Below, piece after piece: positions 45,932-51,429 of a stretch of DNA of 51,429 bases. A model generated the notes under the pieces. It ran no database searches and was not told the origin of the DNA. It saw only the letters and a program-made list of their open reading frames with translations. How positions within the stretch are numbered: the stretch's first letter is position 1; each line of letters opens with the position of its first letter. This DNA is from an uncultured Gammaproteobacteria bacterium. GTDB lineage: Bacteria > Patescibacteriota > Microgenomatia > UBA1406 > HO2-37-13b. The translations under genes and the position numbers were made by a program. The DNA lies in NCBI GenBank assembly GCA_964477065.1, contig CAYZCU010000002.1, forward strand, positions 1-51,429, written 5' to 3'.

Positions 45932-47181
45932 GAGTGATATGTGGAATCAATAACTGAACGAGCATGTATTACCTTCAACGCTGTTGCTACGCGTACAAAC
46001 TGATTATAGACGGCGTCTAAAACTGGTTGCATCTGGATATCAGGGAGTGACCAAAGTTCTTTTTTAAATGGGCCAAATGCCTTCTTCCGTGATTTGTAGA
46101 GAAACTGTTCATCTGTCATATCTTTATGCTTCTCAACGGCAAGCTGAGTACGTACCCACTCATACATTCGCTCGCGAAGTTCGTGAGGGAGAGCATCATA
46201 CACAGTATTTTGCCAACCAGTAGACAGGTGCACCTCAAGTGTTCCAGTCTCAGGAAACATTGCAAGTTTATCTTCTGGGAGTGTTGATGCGCCATGTTGA
46301 ACTGTTCCCCCTAGACCGTAGTCGGATCTGGCCGTTGCTCCGATTGTCGAGTGGAGGGATGTATCGATGTGTACCTCTTTGAGCTGACCGTCGGGTAGAG
46401 GGGTCCCTCCATGACTCGTCCCCGTCTGCAGTGCAATCTTTGAAAGTCCAGGCATATCTGATGTCAAAATTGAGGAATACCCTTTCATAAATGCATCAAA
46501 ATCTGCTTCTGTGCTGTTGACACCACCAATATGACCAATTTCACCTCCGACAGCTATGGTTACATCTGCAGGTTGCCATCGGCGAATAACTTTTGTCAAA
46601 TGTGCAGTCACTTCGTAGTTGTCTTTTTGCTGTGCTGATTCGTGGGGAAGGTCAAGATTGACAACAGTTGATCCATCGATATCAATAGAATAAAAACGCG
46701 CTGAAATGGCTTGACGAATACATGCTTCAAGGCGTGCAAGTTCAGCAGATTTATCCTGTTTGAATGCTTCAGCATGTACTTGATAATGATCGCCCAGTAA
46801 AAAAACAGGTCCATGGTATCCGGCTTTCAATGCGCCTGCCAAGATTGCTGATGCATACTCTTTATGGGTTTGTGAGGTATATTCTTGTTCAGATAATGCG
46901 ATTTCAAATGCAACTGGACCGATATCATGATCGAGCATCGCACGATGAAAGGTGTATGAGATATGATACGTCAGCGTGCGGATATTGCATGCGGGAACCG
47001 AAAATCCATGCCACTGCTCTTTCGCACGAGCTTTGTACAGTTCATACAATGACGCGCAATAAATGCCATGAGCTTCAGCTTGCCCGTAGAGTTCGTCCTG
47101 AGCTTTTTCACGCTGTGCTTGTGTTGATCCAAACTGCGCTGTAAACGCAAGCGTATCGATGAGGGTTTCTTCCAAAGGCAT
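45928..47181 (-). CDS. fba: Class II (metal-dependent) ketose/fructose-bisphosphate aldolase, long form
   Basis: Class II aldolase blocks: VPACNIRT, LGDHY, GGEIGHIGG, LQTGTSHGG, VQHGAST. It overlaps the pgk start by 4 nt (operon). Confidence 0.7.
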   Translation of the reverse strand: MPLEETLIDTLAFTAQFGSTQAQREKAQDELYGQAEAHGIYCASLYELYKARAKEQWHGFSVPACNIRTLTYHISYTFHRAMLDHDIGPVAFEIALSEQEYTSQTHKEYASAILAGALKAGYHGPVFLLGDHYQVHAEAFKQDKSAELARLEACIRQAISARFYSIDIDGSTVVNLDLPHESAQQKDNYEVTAHLTKVIRRWQPADVTIAVGGEIGHIGGVNSTEADFDAFMKGYSSILTSDMPGLSKIALQTGTSHGGTPLPDGQLKEVHIDTSLHSTIGATARSDYGLGGTVQHGASTLPEDKLAMFPETGTLEVHLSTGWQNTVYDALPHELRERMYEWVRTQLAVEKHKDMTDEQFLYKSRKKAFGPFKKELWSLPDIQMQPVLDAVYNQFVRVATALKVIHARSVIDSTYHS

Positions 47182-47257
47182 ATCTTCTCAGTATACGAGT
47201 ATCAAAAAGGTGATGCAATCTTCATCGTTTACGCTGATGGATGGCTGTAAATTCATC

Positions 47258-47266
47258 TGCTATACT
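47258..47266 (+). promoter_or_regulatory. Extended -10 element TGcTATACT, 7 nt upstream of sufC ATG 47274
   Basis: Read directly: TGCTATACT-acgtact-ATG. Confidence 0.5.
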
Positions 47267-47273
47267 ACGTACT

Positions 47274-47987
47274 ATGCTTCAATTGAAACATCTAACGGTC
47301 TCTGTCGGAGATAAAACGATTCTCTCAGATATCTCATATACATTTGAGAAGGGCAAGACATACGCAATAATGGGCCCAAATGGCTCTGGGAAATCAACGT
47401 TTGCATCTGTGATTATGGGACATCCAGCATACACGTTAGCTCCAAAGTCCAAAATAGTGCATAGTGGCAGTGAGATACATGAAGAGGATATTCATATGCG
47501 TGCCCAAATGGGGCTTTTTATGTCATTTCAATCACCCCTTTCACTGTCTGGTGTGACGATCTATCAACTGTTGCGCTATGCGCTTCAAGGAAAACGAGAT
47601 CCTCTCTCTATCCGGCAAGATGTTCAGAAATATGCTCAAAAGCTGAATATTCCTGATGAACTGCTCTCACGATCACTGAATGAAGATTTTTCAGGAGGAG
47701 AGCGAAAAAAGATGGAGATACTTCAAGCCTGTGTTCTTGATCCGACATTTCTCATATTTGACGAAATAGATACAGGCGTCGATGTGGATGCGCTCAAAAC
47801 AATTGCAAACATGATGAAACAGCTTAAAAGTTCTGAAAAAACATTTGTCATCATTACCCATTACAATCGACTTTTGAAATACATCACGCCTGATGTCGTG
47901 CTCATTATTCGTGACGGAAAAATTGTTGCAGAAGGTGATGCATCACTTGCCCAACGTGTCGAAAAAGATGGCTATGATGGGTTATAA
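47274..47987 (+). CDS. sufC: Fe-S cluster assembly ATPase SufC
   Basis: LQLKHLTVSV...IMGPNGSGKST, SGGERKK, FDEIDTGVD, ITHY. Start chosen at ATG 47274, based on typical SufC N-termini and the -10 spacing. Confidence 0.93.
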   Translation: MLQLKHLTVSVGDKTILSDISYTFEKGKTYAIMGPNGSGKSTFASVIMGHPAYTLAPKSKIVHSGSEIHEEDIHMRAQMGLFMSFQSPLSLSGVTIYQLLRYALQGKRDPLSIRQDVQKYAQKLNIPDELLSRSLNEDFSGGERKKMEILQACVLDPTFLIFDEIDTGVDVDALKTIANMMKQLKSSEKTFVIITHYNRLLKYITPDVVLIIRDGKIVAEGDASLAQRVEKDGYDGL

Positions 47988-48017
47988 GCGTAAAGTCACC
48001 ATCGTACATATATAATC

Positions 48018-50513
48018 ATGGCTCATACACCTCCTCAAGACGATCTGATTTTTGATTATAAATATGGCTTTTCTATGGAAGAGAAGCCAATTTTTACGAC
48101 ACCACGAGGGTTAAGTGAACAAACGGTACGGGATATTTCAGCATATAAAAAAGAGCCTGCATGGATGCTTGATCTACGACTTAAAGCATATGCTGTTTTT
48201 AAAAGCAAAAAAATGCCTGACTGGGGGGCAGATCTGCAGGGTATCAACTTCGATGATATTACGTATTTTGCCAGCTCGACGCCTAAGCAAATGGACAGCT
48301 GGGAAGAGCTCCCTTCTGAGATCATTGAAACATATAATCGCATCGGTGTCCCACAGGCAGAGAGAGATTTTTTAGCAGGCGTATCTGCGCAATATGACTC
48401 AGAGGTCGTGTATGAAAGTATTCAAAAAGAATTGACAAAGCTTGGTGTGTTTTTTTGTGATATGGATACGGCGCTTCGACTCCATCCGAAGCTCGTTCAG
48501 GAGTATTTTGGTAAACTCATCCCTGCTGGCGATAATATCTTTTCAGCTCTTAATACAGCAGTATGGTCGGGAGGGTCGTTTGTGTATGTGCCAGCGGGCG
48601 TACACGTCAAGCTCCCCTTACAAGCATACTTTCGTATTAATGCAGAGCGCTTTGGGCAGTTTGAAAGGACATTGATTATAGCCGAAGAAGGAAGCTCTGT
48701 TGGGTATGTGGAAGGTTGTCTTCCAGCAGGAGAACAGATATCAACATGTACTGGTTGGGCAAATATTGAATCAGTACAGCCCGGAGATATTGTGAGGACA
48801 CATACAGGTGGGATCTCACATGTTGCAAAGACTATGTGTCGAAAATTTAAAGGCATCATGTATACAGTCACACCACTCTCCCCCTTTAATACCTTCTCCT
48901 TAACTGAAGAACATCCAGTCTTAGCTGTGAAGAGAGAAAATGTATGTATTAAACGTAAACAACGAAATGGATGGCTACCAGAAGTCAATTCTGAGCTTCT
49001 CAGATCTGCAAAGCCTGAATTTATTCCTGTCTCAATGTTGAAAAAAGGAGATTTCCTAATGTATCCCAAACCTCATCATATCATAGCGTCATCGGAGTGT
49101 GAGTTTACAGATGAAGAGCTTGAAGTACTAGGATTTTACACTGCCGAAGGATCTGCTCATTATCACACTAGTTTGAAGCAATACATGATAACTTTTACGA
49201 TGTCAGAAAAGGAAATGATTCACATTAAGCGTATTCAAGACTTGCTCAAAGTAATTATTGGAAAACGTGGGTCTATTGCACATGATAAACGTAAACATGC
49301 ATTAACCTTAACTGTGTATTCGCGTGAATTGTTCAAATTATGCACATATCATTGTGGGAAATATTCAAAGCGTAAGATCCTCAGCGACGAGCTGATGCAC
49401 GTTCAGACAGATAAGATTATGAAGTTCTATGACTCATATTTTATTGGAGATGGAAATATTTCATCGAGGGGAGGTAGGAAATCAAGTACCTTGAGAAGAG
49501 TGTCAACAGCCTCACGAGATCTTGCAGTTCAGTTACAGTATCTCTTAAGCAGAGTTGGTATTTTTGCAAGTATACTCATTCGCAAGGAAGGGAATGATGT
49601 CATACATGGTAGGCAAATTCATCGAAGTGAGCAGTATATTTTAACCTATACAGATGGTCGAACGTGGTCTGAGATCAGGGAAAATGAGTCCTATTATATT
49701 ATCCCCATTCGCTCAATAAGTCATGCATTATGGGACGATTATGTTTTCAATATTGAGGTAAAAGGTGTCGAATCATATCTTGTCAAAGGATTTGCTGTGC
49801 ATAATTGCACAGCTCCCGTATATACCACTGACTCCCTCCACGCAGCTGTTGTGGAAATTTTCGTCAAACCACATGCGCATGTTCGCTACACGACGGTTCA
49901 AAACTGGAGTAACAATGTGTACAATCTTGTCACCAAACGTGCACGCGCCCAGGAGCATGCACTTATGGAATGGATCGATTGTAATATCGGGAGTAAAGTG
50001 ACGATGAAATATCCGTCTGTCTATCTCACGGGTGAGGGTGCGCGTGGTGAAGTGCTTTCAATCGCCTATGCTGGCCCCGGCCAACATCAAGATGCAGGTG
50101 CAAAGATGCTCCATCTCGCTCCCCATACATCCTCGCGAGTTATCTCTAAATCTATCTCACGAGGTTCTGGTCGCACCTCCTATCGCGGACTGGTTACTGT
50201 CCATCCTGATGCAGATGATGCGCAGGTGTATGTATCGTGTGATGCGCTTCTTCTGGATGATCAGGCGCGAACTGATACGTATCCAACGATGAAGATTAAA
50301 AATAAAACAGCAGAGGTTCAGCATGAAGCCACGGTTGAGCGACTCGGTGAAGAGAAATTATGTTATATCATGTCCCGCGGTATCAAACGTGCAGATGCTG
50401 AAAGTATGCTCGTTAATGGATTCATTGAACCAGTGACGAAAGAGATTCCACTTGAATACACAGTTGAGCTGAATAGACTCATACAGCTTGAGATGGAAGG
50501 GAGCGTCGGGTAG
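48018..50513 (+). CDS. sufB: Fe-S cluster assembly scaffold SufB, interrupted in frame by an intein
   Basis: Exteins total 468 aa with SufB blocks (WSGGSFVYVP.GV, ...YVEG|CTAPVY..DSLHAAVVEI, KMLHLAP.TSS...SKSIS). The full ORF is 831 aa. Confidence 0.93.
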   Translation: MAHTPPQDDLIFDYKYGFSMEEKPIFTTPRGLSEQTVRDISAYKKEPAWMLDLRLKAYAVFKSKKMPDWGADLQGINFDDITYFASSTPKQMDSWEELPSEIIETYNRIGVPQAERDFLAGVSAQYDSEVVYESIQKELTKLGVFFCDMDTALRLHPKLVQEYFGKLIPAGDNIFSALNTAVWSGGSFVYVPAGVHVKLPLQAYFRINAERFGQFERTLIIAEEGSSVGYVEGCLPAGEQISTCTGWANIESVQPGDIVRTHTGGISHVAKTMCRKFKGIMYTVTPLSPFNTFSLTEEHPVLAVKRENVCIKRKQRNGWLPEVNSELLRSAKPEFIPVSMLKKGDFLMYPKPHHIIASSECEFTDEELEVLGFYTAEGSAHYHTSLKQYMITFTMSEKEMIHIKRIQDLLKVIIGKRGSIAHDKRKHALTLTVYSRELFKLCTYHCGKYSKRKILSDELMHVQTDKIMKFYDSYFIGDGNISSRGGRKSSTLRRVSTASRDLAVQLQYLLSRVGIFASILIRKEGNDVIHGRQIHRSEQYILTYTDGRTWSEIRENESYYIIPIRSISHALWDDYVFNIEVKGVESYLVKGFAVHNCTAPVYTTDSLHAAVVEIFVKPHAHVRYTTVQNWSNNVYNLVTKRARAQEHALMEWIDCNIGSKVTMKYPSVYLTGEGARGEVLSIAYAGPGQHQDAGAKMLHLAPHTSSRVISKSISRGSGRTSYRGLVTVHPDADDAQVYVSCDALLLDDQARTDTYPTMKIKNKTAEVQHEATVERLGEEKLCYIMSRGIKRADAESMLVNGFIEPVTKEIPLEYTVELNRLIQLEMEGSVG
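48717..49805 (+). mobile_element. 363-aa intein with a LAGLIDADG homing-endonuclease domain inside SufB
   Basis: Block A CLPAGEQI. Block B TEEHPV (TxxH). LAGLIDADG motifs LEVLGFYTAEGSA and YFIGDGNIS. Block G GFAVHN followed by +1 Cys (CTAP). Excision restores the conserved EGCTAP. Confidence 0.88.
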
Positions 50514-50525
50514 ATCAAAAAGGTA

Positions 50526-50534
50526 TGCTATAAT
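50526..50534 (+). promoter_or_regulatory. Extended -10 element TGcTATAAT, 6 nt upstream of ATG 50541
   Basis: Read directly: TGCTATAAT-gcacat-ATG. Confidence 0.5.
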
Positions 50535-50540
50535 GCACAT

Positions 50541-50780
50541 ATGGAAAGACCTAAACATAATCTGATAACACGAGCTACTCGTGAAATTGTTGGGACTGGT
50601 GCATCGCTTGCATTTGTTGGCATGAGTATCATCGGTGATGTTGGTGGCTATGTTGGTATTCAACTGCGAAGAATTCCGTACGCTCTTCGTGGAGAAAAGA
50701 CTGAAGTTATACGAACATCAACTCCAGATGGATTAGCTGATTTCGGTTATGCTATCAAGCGAGTACCACGTACCTACTAG
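50541..50780 (+). CDS. 79-aa hypothetical protein with a Gly-rich hydrophobic segment, inside the suf operon
   Basis: The ORF sits between sufB and sufD and is preceded by a perfect extended -10 element. IVGTGASLAFVGMSIIGDVGGYVGI is glycine-zipper-like. No cysteines. Confidence 0.5.
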   Translation: MERPKHNLITRATREIVGTGASLAFVGMSIIGDVGGYVGIQLRRIPYALRGEKTEVIRTSTPDGLADFGYAIKRVPRTY

Positions 50781-50782
50781 TC

Positions 50783-51361
50783 ATGACATGTACTCTTTTA
50801 ACTAATACAGGGGACCAGTCGATTACGGTGTCTGATGCAGATCCCCATGTCTATGTTCTATACAATTATTCAGGCTCACTTGATATACGTATTCGCGTCC
50901 CAGATGCCCAGGTGCATATTTTCGGGTTGTACATTGGCAAAAAAGATGATTCCTTTTCACTTAAAACGACACAGCGACATGAAGTAGGAGGTTCGCAGTC
51001 AGATCTTTTGATCAAAGGGGTTTTTAAAGATTCTGCACGATTTGATTATGAAGGTATGATTCGTATTGAGCCAGGGGCACACGGCTCTCATGCCTATCAA
51101 AAAAATCAAAATCTCGTCTTGAGTGATGGTGCTTTTGTTGATTCTCGTCCCTATCTTGAAATTTGTGCTGATGATGTCCGATGTACCCACGGCTCAACGA
51201 CAGGGCGACTGCGTGCAGATCAGCTTGAGTATGTCCAAAGCAGAGGATTGACATCAAGTGATGCAGAGCAACTTCTTGTAGACGGATTTATAGATAGCCT
51301 TCTTGCACACGTGCATGCACAAGGTGGTGAATCGATTACACGTGAATCACTAGGCCTATGA
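50783..51361 (+). CDS. sufD: SufD-like Fe-S assembly protein, minimal 192-aa form
   Basis: C-terminal SufB/D family block: QKNQNLVLSDGAFVDSRPYLEICADDVRCTHGSTTGRL..DQLEYVQSRGL....AEQLLV.GF. Confidence 0.8.
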   Translation: MTCTLLTNTGDQSITVSDADPHVYVLYNYSGSLDIRIRVPDAQVHIFGLYIGKKDDSFSLKTTQRHEVGGSQSDLLIKGVFKDSARFDYEGMIRIEPGAHGSHAYQKNQNLVLSDGAFVDSRPYLEICADDVRCTHGSTTGRLRADQLEYVQSRGLTSSDAEQLLVDGFIDSLLAHVHAQGGESITRESLGL

Positions 51362-51429
51362 ATATATCGCGAACGGATTTTCCATTACTGCAGGCTCATC
51401 CACAGAAAGTGTATCTAGATTCAGCATCA
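51358..51429 (+). CDS. sufS: Cysteine desulfurase SufS/NifS family, N-terminal fragment (continues beyond the window)
   Basis: ATGA overlap with the sufD stop. MNISRTDFPLLQAHPQKVYLDSAS matches the SufS N-terminal pattern (DFP.L......YLD.A.). Confidence 0.7.
   Translation, partial: MNISRTDFPLLQAHPQKVYLDSAS

Noticed and set aside
1-51429. Possible alternative genetic code (UGA recoded, as in Gracilibacteria/Absconditabacteria).
   Set aside because: Conserved proteins end at their expected C-termini on TGA (obg at 9970-9972, Nudix at 14818-14820, sufD at 51359-51361, the ORF ending at 6958). No conserved gene is interrupted by an in-frame TGA. Standard code 11 fits.

Overview
51.4-kb window from a compact bacterial genome that uses the standard code (TGA ends conserved genes). 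By inference it is Patescibacteria/CPR-like: no L30, divergent proteins, short AlaRS and SufD, overlapping genes. No database search or numerical composition analysis was possible, so every call rests on reading the translated ORFs and the DNA by eye.

Gene content, left to right:
- rpoC 3' end, then rpsL-rpsG-fusA.
- A 9.3-kb block of envelope and housekeeping genes that separates fusA from tuf: small membrane protein, processive GT2 synthase, SOD, CAP-domain protein, WecA/MraY-like GT4, PEGA/SH3b protein, obg, radA, and others.
- tuf-rpsJ-Nudix, then an almost complete S10-spc-alpha ribosomal cluster (rplC through rplQ, plus rplM-rpsI). It includes secY, adk, map and infA, and two genes missing from the ORF track: rpmG at 25162..25335 and rpmJ at 26931..27047.
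- An envelope cluster: VanW, a membrane-anchored orphan solute-binding protein, a 734-aa bitopic protein, a sortase, two PBP1A paralogs flanking a short alaS, and secreted beta-rich proteins.
- fba-pgk on the minus strand.
- A suf operon, sufC-sufB-orf79-sufD-sufS'.

Most notable observations:
1. A 363-aa LAGLIDADG intein splits SufB inside the conserved EGC/TAP motif.
2. Nine operon-first genes carry an extended -10 element (TGnTAnAnT) 5-7 nt upstream of the ATG, the architecture of leaderless mRNAs. No Shine-Dalgarno motif is visible upstream of any r-protein gene.
3. rpsS is absent from its canonical rplB/rplV position and sits between rpsN and rpsH. It is followed by a 127-nt spacer with no ATG and eight CTAG tetramers.
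4. A consensus promoter plus an attenuator-like hairpin with a T8 tract precedes rplC.
5. The SBP / 734-aa protein / sortase operon is uncharacterised.

I saw no rRNA, tRNA, CRISPR array, transposase or integrase.
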